Positions 1 to 8,667 of a stretch of DNA of 64,000 nt are shown one piece after another (within the stretch, counting starts at the first letter, position 1; each line of letters starts with the position of its first letter). The DNA lies in NCBI GenBank assembly GCA_031370785.1, contig JANMQY010000042.1, positions 1 through 64,000 of the forward strand, in the 5' to 3' direction. This DNA comes from Candidatus Eiseniibacteriota bacterium (GTDB lineage Bacteria > Eisenbacteria > RBG-16-71-46). A model generated the notes under the pieces. The model had not been told where the DNA came from. It did not search any database and saw only the letters and a list, made by a program, of their open reading frames with translations. Both the position numbers and the translations under genes were made by a program.

Positions 1-351
1 GTGGCTGATGCGGTGCGAGTGATTCTCGACCGTGTACACATCTCCCGAAGGCGCGACCGCGATGCCGCTCGGAAACTCCATCTGACCGGGACCGTCACCG
101 AATGATCCCCATTCGGTGATCAGGGTGCCGTTCGGCTGGAACTTCTGGATTCGATGATTGCCCTGGTCCGCAACGTAGATGTTGCCGTCCGGCCCGACAT
201 CGACGCCGAAGGGATGATCCATGTTGCTCGGCCCCGATCCCAGCCCGCCAAACGTGAACAGCGGAGGTGGCGCCTGAGCACCAGCTCGGGTGACGAGTGC
301 CAGGGAGAGGAAGACGATCGGGAGCAACATCAAGATGTTTCGATTGCGCAT
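1..351 (-). CDS. Secreted NHL-repeat (beta-propeller) protein, N-terminal part, runs off the window edge
   Basis: Not in the ORF track. Manual translation gives MRNRNILMLLPIVFLSLALVTRAGAQA (signal peptide), then NHL repeats HPFGVDVGPDGNIYVADQGNHRIQKF and FPSGIAVAPSGDVYTVENHSHRI. Confidence 0.85.
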   Translation of the reverse strand, partial: MRNRNILMLLPIVFLSLALVTRAGAQAPPPLFTFGGLGSGPSNMDHPFGVDVGPDGNIYVADQGNHRIQKFQPNGTLITEWGSFGDGPGQMEFPSGIAVAPSGDVYTVENHSHRISH

Positions 352-478
352 GGCCGAGCCTTTCGCGATTGGCCGCCCGGTCGTCGGAGCAGATTCCGGG
401 GGTTGGGATTCATCCGCCTCCAATATGGAAACGCTATTCGGCAACACGGTCAATTGGAATCTCGAGCTATCCCTGACC

Positions 479-1324
479 TCAGCGCATCCGGCCGAGCGGA
501 TTGCTCTTGCCGCACCAAGGGCACACCCAGCTCGTGGGCACCGGGCTCGGCGGCGTCAGGACGCTGTGCTCACCGCACTCGCGGCACACGTGCGTGACCC
601 GACGCTCGAATGGAATTCGACGCACGCTCTGCCTTCCGGTCCTGCGAAACGCGAGCACGAAATTCGCGTCCTTCGCGAGGTCGATCCCGATCGCGCGATC
701 CAGCGCGGCGAGCGCTTCGGTGAACGGCCGTTGCAGCGGCTTGGTGCGAGGGTCGTTCATCCACGAGAAGCCCGACGGCACCCGCGCCAGCGCCAGCGGC
801 TCGAATTCGCGTGAGGTGAACAGATCGAGCAGCTTCTCGAGGTCGAAGCGCTGCTGGTGCTCGAGGCGCTTTCCAAGTTTCAGCATCGCGTACTTGGCGA
901 AGTAGCCGGCGAAGCGGTACAGACTGTCATCGAACGATGCGGCGCGCGGCACGGACAGATAGAGTGTCCCGCCGATCTTCGTGACGCGCGCCAGCTCGTT
1001 GCAGCAGGCCTCGAGTTCGGTGACGTGCTCGAGCACGTAGTGGCAGACGGTGAGATCGAACAGCGCATCGCGCAACGGAAGGCGCGCGAGATCAGCGCGC
1101 AGCAGGCGCAGGTTGGACGCGGGCGGCGGCGGCCCCGGCGGAAACTTGATGTCGAATGCGGTGATCGCGAGGTCGGGCCGCATCGCGTAGGGCCACGAGC
1201 CCGGACCGCAGCCCGCATCCAGCACCTGCGCACCCGGTGCCGCCGTCTCGATCAGTTCGCGGAGGAACAGCGCCGGCTCACCGGGCACACGAACAGGCTT
1301 GCGAGCCCAGGGAGTGGAGCTCAC
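479..1324 (-). CDS. Class I SAM-dependent methyltransferase with C-terminal CxxC..CxxC zinc ribbon
   Basis: VLDAGCGPG motif I, FDLTVCHYVLEHV; C-terminal CRECG...CPWCG; GTG start overlaps upstream TGA (GTGA). Confidence 0.8.
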   Translation of the reverse strand: MSSTPWARKPVRVPGEPALFLRELIETAAPGAQVLDAGCGPGSWPYAMRPDLAITAFDIKFPPGPPPPASNLRLLRADLARLPLRDALFDLTVCHYVLEHVTELEACCNELARVTKIGGTLYLSVPRAASFDDSLYRFAGYFAKYAMLKLGKRLEHQQRFDLEKLLDLFTSREFEPLALARVPSGFSWMNDPRTKPLQRPFTEALAALDRAIGIDLAKDANFVLAFRRTGRQSVRRIPFERRVTHVCRECGEHSVLTPPSPVPTSWVCPWCGKSNPLGRMR

Positions 1325-2229
1325 ATCCGAACCTCGGCCGCGCTCCTCCCCGCAGCCGCATCGAACAGGGCGCGCGGCACCGCGGCAGCGGCGGCGAAAC
1401 GGCCCTGCGCTGCGAGCCACGCGGCCAGCGCGGCCTGCTGGATGAGGAACGAAGGCAGCCAGGTGACGCGTCCCACCCCATGCGCATGACGCGCGAACAG
1501 CGTGAGGTTGGCGCGCAGGCGCTGATAAATCTTCCATGGGCTTGCCGCGCCCGAGCTGGACGAGACCCTGTGCCACAGGCGCGCGGTCGGGACGAACAGC
1601 AGGCGGAAGCCTGAGCGTCTCGCGCGCAGACACCAGTCGGCGTCCTCGGCGTAGATGTGATAGCCCTCGTCGAGCAGCCCGACCCGCTCCCACGCTTCGC
1701 GCCGGGCGAGCAGGCAGCAGCCGGTCAGGTAGCCGGTGGTCTCGACCGAGCGGTACTGGCCGGCGTCGCGCTTGCGAAGTCCGCGGTGCGCGGCAAAGCC
1801 GAGCGCCGGCAGACACATGCCACCCGCGTACCAGATATCGCCGCTCGGCGCGCCGAAGTAGATGAGCGGCGCGGCTGCTCCCGCGCCCGGATCCTCATCG
1901 AGCGAAAGCAGCAGGCGCTCGTAGAGCGCGGGGTCGGCCTCGGTGTCGTTGTTGAGCAGCATCACCGCGTCGGCGCCGGCGGCAAGCGCTTCGCGCAGCC
2001 CCGCGTTGTTGCCTCCCGCGAAGCGCCGGTTCTCGCTCAGCGCCTGCACGGTCACCTCCGGGTACGCCGCGCCGATGCGCGCGGCCGAGCCGTCGCTCGA
2101 ACCGTTGTCCACCACCCGCACCTTCGCGCGCCAGCCTTGAGGACAACGGCACAGACGCAGGGTTTCGAGCAGGGCCAGCGTGTCGGCGAGACCGTTCCAG
2201 TTGAGCACGACCACTTCAAGCGTCTTCAA
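1321..2229 (-). CDS. GT2 family glycosyltransferase (rhamnosyltransferase/WbbL-like)
   Basis: VVVLNWN, VVDNGSSD, FAGGNN, LLNND, TGCCLL, YAEDADWC motifs. Confidence 0.9.
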   Translation of the reverse strand: MKTLEVVVLNWNGLADTLALLETLRLCRCPQGWRAKVRVVDNGSSDGSAARIGAAYPEVTVQALSENRRFAGGNNAGLREALAAGADAVMLLNNDTEADPALYERLLLSLDEDPGAGAAAPLIYFGAPSGDIWYAGGMCLPALGFAAHRGLRKRDAGQYRSVETTGYLTGCCLLARREAWERVGLLDEGYHIYAEDADWCLRARRSGFRLLFVPTARLWHRVSSSSGAASPWKIYQRLRANLTLFARHAHGVGRVTWLPSFLIQQAALAAWLAAQGRFAAAAAVPRALFDAAAGRSAAEVRM

Positions 2230-3893
2230 GGCGCGCGCTCCTCGGCGCTGGCGCCACGTGCGGCGCGCCGCAGCGCACCTGCTCCGAACGCGGCGAGCAG
2301 CAGCGCGATCGCGACCAGTGGCGCCGCGGGCAGACCCTCATACGCCGCATAGGCCGACCAGAAGTCGAGCCCGTGGAGCAGCCCACGCTGCTCTGCCGCG
2401 CTCAGGCCGGTGCGCGGGTCACGCGGGCCGGAATCGGCTCCGCCCAGGCGCGGCGCGTGTCCCGCGAGGTGCTCCCCGACATTGCGCCGAAGCATGCGCC
2501 AGTGAACGATCGGCGGCGCATCGTGCGGATCGAAGTGGCTGCCCTCCATGAAGCGCGGATGATCCAGCGGCAGCTGGTACGGATAGTCGCCGACCTCGCG
2601 CATCGCGGCGCCAAAGTAGATGGCGACGCCGCCGATCGCGACCGCGAAGCCGAGCGCCCCGAGTGCGAGCGCCAGCACACGGCGGGCGTCGGCCATTCGA
2701 TCGAGCGCGAAGGCGACCGGGATGAATCCGATCGGGAGCAGCGGCACGAGATAGCGCGGCCCGTACGAGCCGTCTCCGGCCCAGTGCTGGAACCGGCCGT
2801 AGAGGAACAGCGTGAACAGCCATGCGAGCACGATCGCAACCGCGAGCATGCCGAACGCGCGCCGGCGCGTCATCGCGCGCTCGCCCGAGGCTTCGGCATA
2901 GGGTCGCGCGCCCGACGTCATGGCGAGCATTCCGGCCGGCGCCAGCCACAGCACGGGCGCGTACCACGCGACACCCTTGCCCGAGGAGAACAGCAGGCCG
3001 TACACGCCCACCCACCACGGCGTGGTGTACGCGGCGGCCGTGGCCTGCGCGCCGTATCCGGTCTCGAACGGCGAGCCGAAGCGCGCCATGTCGTAGGCGG
3101 CATGGCCGGCGAGCGCGAGTGCGACTCCCGCTGCGGGCCAGATCCAGGTGCGGCGAGGCGCCTCGAGCAACGGCACCAGGCAGACGATGGCGATCGGCAG
3201 CATGCTGAGCTTGGCGGAGATCGCAAAAAACGCCCCGAGCGCGGCAAGGCGCGGCCCGGAGCGCTCGCCGAGCGCCGCGCGGGCCGAGCCCGTCAGCGCG
3301 AGCAGCAGTCCCAATGCCTGCAGCGGCTCGGCCATGAAGCTCTTCGCGTACACCCATACCGGGGTGGTGAAGCCGAGCAGCAGCGCGGCGCCGAGCGCGG
3401 CCGGACCCCCCACTCCGAATGCGCGGAGCGCGAGATAGAACGCCGCGAGCAGCAGTGCGGTCACCGCCGCGTTGAAGGCCGATGTCACCGCACGCTCGAT
3501 CAGGACGCGCTGGTCGGGGCCGAGATGCGCCGCCCGGGCGATCGCAATGCCGGCCGCGACCAGCGGCATCGCGAGCACCGCCTGCCCCGCGGCGTTCTTG
3601 CTGTAGAAGCGTCCGTCGCGGCCCTGCATCGTGGCGCCTTCGGGAACCGCAACCCGCCCGGTGAGCAACGCGCGCGACACCTCGAACATGGTGACCTCAT
3701 CGCTGCCCACGATGCGCCCGCCCCCGGTCGCGAGGTAGAGCGCGAACGCGCCGAGCGCGAGCCAGCGCGCGGTGCGCGAAGGGGCGCTCGAGGCGCGGGT
3801 CGCGACGTCGCGCGCCACCCCCATGCCCATCGGCGCGTGAATCCGGTGCGTGGGACTCATCGGGCTTACGGGGATCGGCTTGGGGCCGCTCAC
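2226..3893 (-). CDS. Polytopic membrane protein, probable GT-C (ArnT/PMT-like) glycosyltransferase
   Basis: About 10-12 hydrophobic segments; acidic GSDE motif after TM1; YAKSFMAEP; GPRYLVP; start uncertain (GTGA overlap used). Confidence 0.65.
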   Translation of the reverse strand: MSGPKPIPVSPMSPTHRIHAPMGMGVARDVATRASSAPSRTARWLALGAFALYLATGGGRIVGSDEVTMFEVSRALLTGRVAVPEGATMQGRDGRFYSKNAAGQAVLAMPLVAAGIAIARAAHLGPDQRVLIERAVTSAFNAAVTALLLAAFYLALRAFGVGGPAALGAALLLGFTTPVWVYAKSFMAEPLQALGLLLALTGSARAALGERSGPRLAALGAFFAISAKLSMLPIAIVCLVPLLEAPRRTWIWPAAGVALALAGHAAYDMARFGSPFETGYGAQATAAAYTTPWWVGVYGLLFSSGKGVAWYAPVLWLAPAGMLAMTSGARPYAEASGERAMTRRRAFGMLAVAIVLAWLFTLFLYGRFQHWAGDGSYGPRYLVPLLPIGFIPVAFALDRMADARRVLALALGALGFAVAIGGVAIYFGAAMREVGDYPYQLPLDHPRFMEGSHFDPHDAPPIVHWRMLRRNVGEHLAGHAPRLGGADSGPRDPRTGLSAAEQRGLLHGLDFWSAYAAYEGLPAAPLVAIALLLAAFGAGALRRAARGASAEERAP

Positions 3894-5026
3894 TTCCACC
3901 CCCGCGCCGGGCGCAGCGTGTCGATCAACTCGAGCGTGGAGGCGGCCAGCGCCTCCCACGAGTGCGCGGCGCGCAGGCGTTCGACGCCGGCGCGCAGACT
4001 GGGCGCGAGGCCCTCGGCGAAGTAGCGCACGATCGCGCGTGCCAGCGCCTCGGGGTCTTCTGGCGGCACGATCAGCCCGGTCTCCCCTTCGGCCACGCTC
4101 TCGGCGAGGCCGCCGACGTCGGTGGTGATCACCGGCACGCCGAGCGCGTATGCGACGTGGGTCACTCCGCTCTGGGTCGCCGAGCGATAGGGCAGCACCA
4201 CGACGTCGGCGGCCTTGAACAGGGCTTCGACCTCGTCATCCGGAACGTAGCGCATCAGCATGCGCACCGAATCTCCGGCCGCCGAGGCCAAGCAGCGGTA
4301 CGGGGCGTCGTCCTCGTAGAGCTCGCCGGCCACGACCAGCGTCGCGGGACGCGCGGCGCGCACCTTCGGCCACGCGGCCAGCAGCGTATCGAGGCCCTTG
4401 TAGTGACGGACGTAGCCGAAGAACAGCACGACCTCTCCTTCGAGTCCGAGCTTGGCGCGCGCGCTCGCACGCGTGTAGCGCCCGCGGTCGAACTGGGCGT
4501 AAAGCGGATGCGGCACGTGCCGCCTCGGCGCTCCGGGCTTCATCGCTTCCAGATCGCGCTCCACGCTCTTCGACATGACCAGGTAACCGTCCGAGTGTTT
4601 CAGCATCCACCGGGTGAGCTGCCGATCGAACAGTCGCCCCTCGTGCGGAATCAGGTTGTCGCACACCAGCACGACGCGCGTGCCGCGCTTGCGCAGCGCG
4701 GCGACCGACCCCGCGAACGCCGGGCCGAACTGCGGCAGCCACCATTTCAGGATCACCGCGCCCGGAGCGAACTTCTCGAGCGCCGCCGCGGTTCGCCGCC
4801 AGCTCAACGGGTCGATCGTACTGAGAGTGGCTTCGACCGGAAAGCGTGGACGCGGGGCGTCCGGGTCCTTCTGCGACTCGCCCGGGAACAGGAAGTCCGG
4901 ATACTGGAGCGTGAACGTGTAGCCCCGGACCTCGGCCCTTCGGCTCAGCGACTCGCCGAGCATCCCCAGATACTGCGAGATGCCGCCGCGCCACGGCGCG
5001 AGCGGCCCGAGCAGCGCGATTCGCAC
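3890..5026 (-). CDS. GT4 family glycosyltransferase
   Basis: LLGPLAPWRGGISQY, LFFGYVRHYKG, ADVVVLPYRSATQSGV, PVITTDVGGL. True start is VRIALLG; the 844-aa ORF extension is a shadow of the upstream gene. Confidence 0.9.
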   Translation of the reverse strand: MRIALLGPLAPWRGGISQYLGMLGESLSRRAEVRGYTFTLQYPDFLFPGESQKDPDAPRPRFPVEATLSTIDPLSWRRTAAALEKFAPGAVILKWWLPQFGPAFAGSVAALRKRGTRVVLVCDNLIPHEGRLFDRQLTRWMLKHSDGYLVMSKSVERDLEAMKPGAPRRHVPHPLYAQFDRGRYTRASARAKLGLEGEVVLFFGYVRHYKGLDTLLAAWPKVRAARPATLVVAGELYEDDAPYRCLASAAGDSVRMLMRYVPDDEVEALFKAADVVVLPYRSATQSGVTHVAYALGVPVITTDVGGLAESVAEGETGLIVPPEDPEALARAIVRYFAEGLAPSLRAGVERLRAAHSWEALAASTLELIDTLRPARGWK

Positions 5027-5040
5027 CGGCGCCTTTCCGC

Positions 5041-6066
5041 TCAGGTTCCGCTCGAGGCCCACGCCAGCAGGCCGCGCCGCTCGAACTGAAAGGGCACCAC
5101 CTGGCCGCCGTGCTTCTCGAGCGCCGCGGCAACCTTGTGCTTGCGATCGAAGCGGGTCAGCAGCAGGAAGTACCCGCCGCCGCCGGCCCCGGGCATCTTG
5201 CCGCCGATCGCTCCGGCCCGGCGCGCGATCTGGTAGAGCCTGTCCACGCGGCTGTTGGAGATCGCATCGTCGAGGCGCTTCTTGTTCTCCCATCCCTGGT
5301 GCAGCAGCTCGCCGATCAGATCCACCTTGCCGAGCAGCAGCGCCTTTTTCATCTCCAGCGTGTCGGTCTTGAGCCGGTGCAGGGCCTCGACCGTGGACTT
5401 TCGTCCTTCGCGATAGGAGCGGGTCTGGCGGTCGATGATGTTCGCCGACTCCCGGGTCTGGCCCATGTAGCAGAGCAGCAGGCGGTACTCGAGCTCGTTC
5501 AGGACGTCGGGGCGGATGCGGAGCGGATTCACCACCGTCGATTCGCGGGTGAACTCGATGAAGTTGAATCCGCCGAACGCGGCGGCGTACTGATCCTGGC
5601 GGCCGCCTGAGAGCTTCATGTCGACGCGCTCGATCCGGTACGCCAGCTCCGCGACCTCGTAGCCCGAGGTCGGCCGCTTGAGCCACGCGCCGAGCACTCC
5701 GATCAGCGCCACCACCAGCGTGGAGGAAGCTCCGAGGCCCGATCCCGGCGGGGCGTCGCTGTGCACCCACAGGTCGGCGCCGCGCCGGACCTTCATGGTC
5801 TTCACCACCGCCTTGATCAGGTCGAGGTTGCCATCGAGCTTCATGCGGCGCGGATGGTCGTAGCGCGCGACCATGTCGTAGTCGAGGCTGGTGATCGAGA
5901 GGCGCGAGTCGCGGCGCGGACGCAGCGAGGCATACGCGTACTGGTTGATGGTCGCCGACAGCACCATGCCCCCGTGCTCTTCCGGGTAAGGTGAGACGTC
6001 GGTGCCGCCGCCCGAGAACGACAGGCGCAGCGGCGCGCGCGCCCGGAAGCAGATCGAGCGGCTCAT
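5041..6066 (-). CDS. hddA: GHMP sugar kinase, D-glycero-D-manno-heptose-7-phosphate kinase (HddA)-like
   Basis: APLRLSFSGGGTD, PPGSGLGASS, GGRQDQYAAAFGG, GGKMPGAGGGG. Confidence 0.8.
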   Translation of the reverse strand: MSRSICFRARAPLRLSFSGGGTDVSPYPEEHGGMVLSATINQYAYASLRPRRDSRLSITSLDYDMVARYDHPRRMKLDGNLDLIKAVVKTMKVRRGADLWVHSDAPPGSGLGASSTLVVALIGVLGAWLKRPTSGYEVAELAYRIERVDMKLSGGRQDQYAAAFGGFNFIEFTRESTVVNPLRIRPDVLNELEYRLLLCYMGQTRESANIIDRQTRSYREGRKSTVEALHRLKTDTLEMKKALLLGKVDLIGELLHQGWENKKRLDDAISNSRVDRLYQIARRAGAIGGKMPGAGGGGYFLLLTRFDRKHKVAAALEKHGGQVVPFQFERRGLLAWASSGT

Positions 6067-6755
6067 GCGCCCAGCCGCCGCTCGGCCCGCTCCCACTCCT
6101 CGGGAGTGCCGATGTCGAAGAACTCGCCTCCGGCGCGCAGCCCGAACAGCCGCCCCTCTTCGGCGAGGCGCGGCAAGGTGCCTCGCTCGAGCGAGGAAAC
6201 GCCCTCGGGCAGGCGCTGCCACAGGCGGGGCGAGAACGAGTAGAGCCCGCCGTTGACCCACGCCGGCCCCACGTGCCGCGCATCTTTTTCGACGAATCGC
6301 ACCACGCGACCTTCCGCGTTGCACTCGACCCGGCCGCGGCCCGCGGCATCGGGCGCCTCGTAGAGCGCCACCGCTCCGAGCGCGCCATTTTCCCAGCGCG
6401 CGCGCTCGAGCTCCCACGGGTCACACGACACCAGGGTATCTCCGTTGATCACGAGCGATGGCCCATCCACGTGCGCGGCGGCATTGCGCAGCGCTCCGCC
6501 GGTTCCGAGCGGCTCGGACTCGATCGACCACGTGATCCGCACCCCGAATGCGGCACCGTCGCCCAGCGTCTCGCGCAGCCGGTCGGCGCCGACCCCCGCA
6601 CACAGCACCACGTCGTGCACGTTGCACCCCGCCAGCCATTCGAGCTGATGCGCGAGGAACGGGCGCCCGGCGAGCGGCGCGAGCGCCTTGGGCAGATCAC
6701 CGAAGCGTGGGCGAAGCCGCGTTCCGAGTCCGCCCGCCAGCACGAACGCCTTCAC
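6063..6755 (-). CDS. hddC: Sugar-1-phosphate nucleotidyltransferase, HddC-like
   Basis: VLAGGLGTRL, PKAL, EPLGTGGA, INGD, FFDIGTPE; adjacent to the HddA-like kinase. Confidence 0.75.
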   Translation of the reverse strand: MKAFVLAGGLGTRLRPRFGDLPKALAPLAGRPFLAHQLEWLAGCNVHDVVLCAGVGADRLRETLGDGAAFGVRITWSIESEPLGTGGALRNAAAHVDGPSLVINGDTLVSCDPWELERARWENGALGAVALYEAPDAAGRGRVECNAEGRVVRFVEKDARHVGPAWVNGGLYSFSPRLWQRLPEGVSSLERGTLPRLAEEGRLFGLRAGGEFFDIGTPEEWERAERRLGA

Positions 6756-7699
6756 GCTCCGTCGTCCGGATTGTAGAGGCGCCGGATCGGATAGTCGGCG
6801 CGCGCCCCGATGTTCGCGATCATCTCTCCGAGCAATCCCATCAGGATGAACTGGATGCCGAGCAGGACGAGTCCGGCTCCGAACAGCATGAGCGGGCGCA
6901 CGTGCATCGGCTCGCCGCGCACCCACAGCGCGACGAACCACAGGCCGAGGGCGGCGCCCAGGATCAGAAACGTGAGTCCGATCCGTCCGAACACGTGCAG
7001 CGGCTTGAGCGCCGAGGTCGAGATGAACGCGGCGCTCAGCAGATCGAGGAATCCGTTCACGAAGCGCGATGCCCCGAACTTGCTCCTGCCGAACCGTCGT
7101 GCGCGATGGCGCACCGGCACCTCGCCGACCTTGAAGCCCGCCCAGTGCGCCAGCGCGGGCACGAACCGGTGCAGCTCGCCGTAGATCGAGATCGCCTCGG
7201 TGACTTCGCGCCGGTACACCTTGAACCCGCAGTTGAAATCGTGCAGCCGTACTCCGGCCACCATCGAGGTGACCGCGTTGAACAGGCGCGAAGGCACGGT
7301 CTTGCTCGGCGGATCCTGCCGGTTCTGCTTCCATCCCGACACCAGATCGAGCCCCGAGTCGAGCGCGGCCAGCAGGCGCGGAAGCTCGGCCGGATCGTCC
7401 TGAAGATCGGCATCGATGGTCACCACCCGCTCGCCGCGCGCGAGGCGGAAACCGGTCGCAAGCGCGGCCGACTTGCCGAAGTTGCGGCGCAGCGAAATGC
7501 CGCGCACCCGCGGGTCGGCCGCTGCGAGCTTCGCGATCGCCTGATCGGTGCCGTCACGCGAGCCGTCGTCGATGTAGATCGCCTCCCACGCGACGCCGAT
7601 CCGATCGAGCGTCTCGGCGAGCTCGCGCTGCAGCTCGGGAAGGCTCTCGGCCTCGTTGAAGGCCGGGATCACGATCGACAGCAACGGAGAGGCGCTCAC
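6752..7699 (-). CDS. GT2 polyprenol-phosphate glycosyltransferase (ArnC/GtrB/DPM-like) with two C-terminal TMs
   Basis: VIPAFNE, IDDGSRD, RNFGKSAAL, IDADLQDDP, HDFNCGFK, GELHRFVP. Confidence 0.9.
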   Translation of the reverse strand: MSASPLLSIVIPAFNEAESLPELQRELAETLDRIGVAWEAIYIDDGSRDGTDQAIAKLAAADPRVRGISLRRNFGKSAALATGFRLARGERVVTIDADLQDDPAELPRLLAALDSGLDLVSGWKQNRQDPPSKTVPSRLFNAVTSMVAGVRLHDFNCGFKVYRREVTEAISIYGELHRFVPALAHWAGFKVGEVPVRHRARRFGRSKFGASRFVNGFLDLLSAAFISTSALKPLHVFGRIGLTFLILGAALGLWFVALWVRGEPMHVRPLMLFGAGLVLLGIQFILMGLLGEMIANIGARADYPIRRLYNPDDGA

Positions 7700-8655
7700 G
7701 CCCGGGCCTCGGCGTAGAGACCGCGCGCCCACGCGGCTTCCGCCGCCAGCCCGCGCTCGATCGGCGTGGACGGACGGAATCCGAGATCGCGCTCGATGCG
7801 GGTGGCGTCGGCCCGGGTGCGGAGCGGATCGCCCGGCGGGCGCGGCTCGAAGTGCAGCTCGGCCTTGCGTGCGAGCGCGCCCTCGAGAATGCGGATCGCC
7901 TCGAGCACCTCGACCTGCGATCCCCCGCCGACGTTGTACACACCCTGCACCGCACTGCCCTTCCACGCTCGCAGGTTGGCCTCGATCGCGTCGTCGATGA
8001 ACGTGAAGTCGCGCGACTGGCGGCCGTCGCCGTACACCGCGATCGGCTCGCCGCGCAGCAGCGCGCGGCAGAAGCGGTGGAACGCCATGTCCGGACGCTG
8101 CCGCGGCCCGTAGACCGTGAAGTAGCGCAGCGCGCTGACCGGCACGCCGAAGTTCCGGCCGTAGAGCAGAACCAGGTGCTCGCCGGCGAGCTTGGTCACA
8201 CCGTACGGCGAGAACGGCCGGGGCAGCAGTGTCTCGTCGGTCGGAAAACGCTCGGCGTCGCCGTACACCGAGCTGGATGACGCGTACACGAAGCGCTCGA
8301 GCGGCGTCTTCCGGTAGCGCTCCAGCAGCCGCTGCGTCGCGAGCACGTTGTGGTGCGTGTAGGTCGCGAAGTCGGCGCCCCACGAGGCTCGCACGCCGGG
8401 CTGCGCCGCCTGGTGGAAAACGACCGCGACCTCGGGAAGGCGGGCGAGGTCGTCGACCGCCAGATCCAGCTCGATCAGCCGGAAGCGCGGCGCGGCGAGA
8501 GCGCGCGAGAGATTCGCACGCTTGAGCGCGGGATCGTAGTAGTCGGTGAACGCGTCGACGCCAGTCACCTGCACGCCGTCCGCGAGCAGCCGCTCGACGA
8601 GGTGCGATCCGATGAAGCCGGCCGCGCCGGTGACCAGTGCGTGCGGCTCAGGCAT
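7696..8655 (-). CDS. NAD-dependent nucleotide-sugar epimerase/dehydratase (UDP-uronate 4-epimerase-like)
   Basis: TGAAGFIG, AAQPGVR, ASSSSVYG, YGVTK, YFTVYGPRQRPDMA. Confidence 0.9.
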   Translation of the reverse strand: MPEPHALVTGAAGFIGSHLVERLLADGVQVTGVDAFTDYYDPALKRANLSRALAAPRFRLIELDLAVDDLARLPEVAVVFHQAAQPGVRASWGADFATYTHHNVLATQRLLERYRKTPLERFVYASSSSVYGDAERFPTDETLLPRPFSPYGVTKLAGEHLVLLYGRNFGVPVSALRYFTVYGPRQRPDMAFHRFCRALLRGEPIAVYGDGRQSRDFTFIDDAIEANLRAWKGSAVQGVYNVGGGSQVEVLEAIRILEGALARKAELHFEPRPPGDPLRTRADATRIERDLGFRPSTPIERGLAAEAAWARGLYAEARA

Positions 8656-8667
8656 TCGCGCCCCCGA

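Noticed and set aside
3890..6424. 844-aa ORF suggesting a large fusion glycosyltransferase
   Set aside because: Only the last 378 aa are GT4; the rest is an off-frame read through the hddA/hddC-like genes
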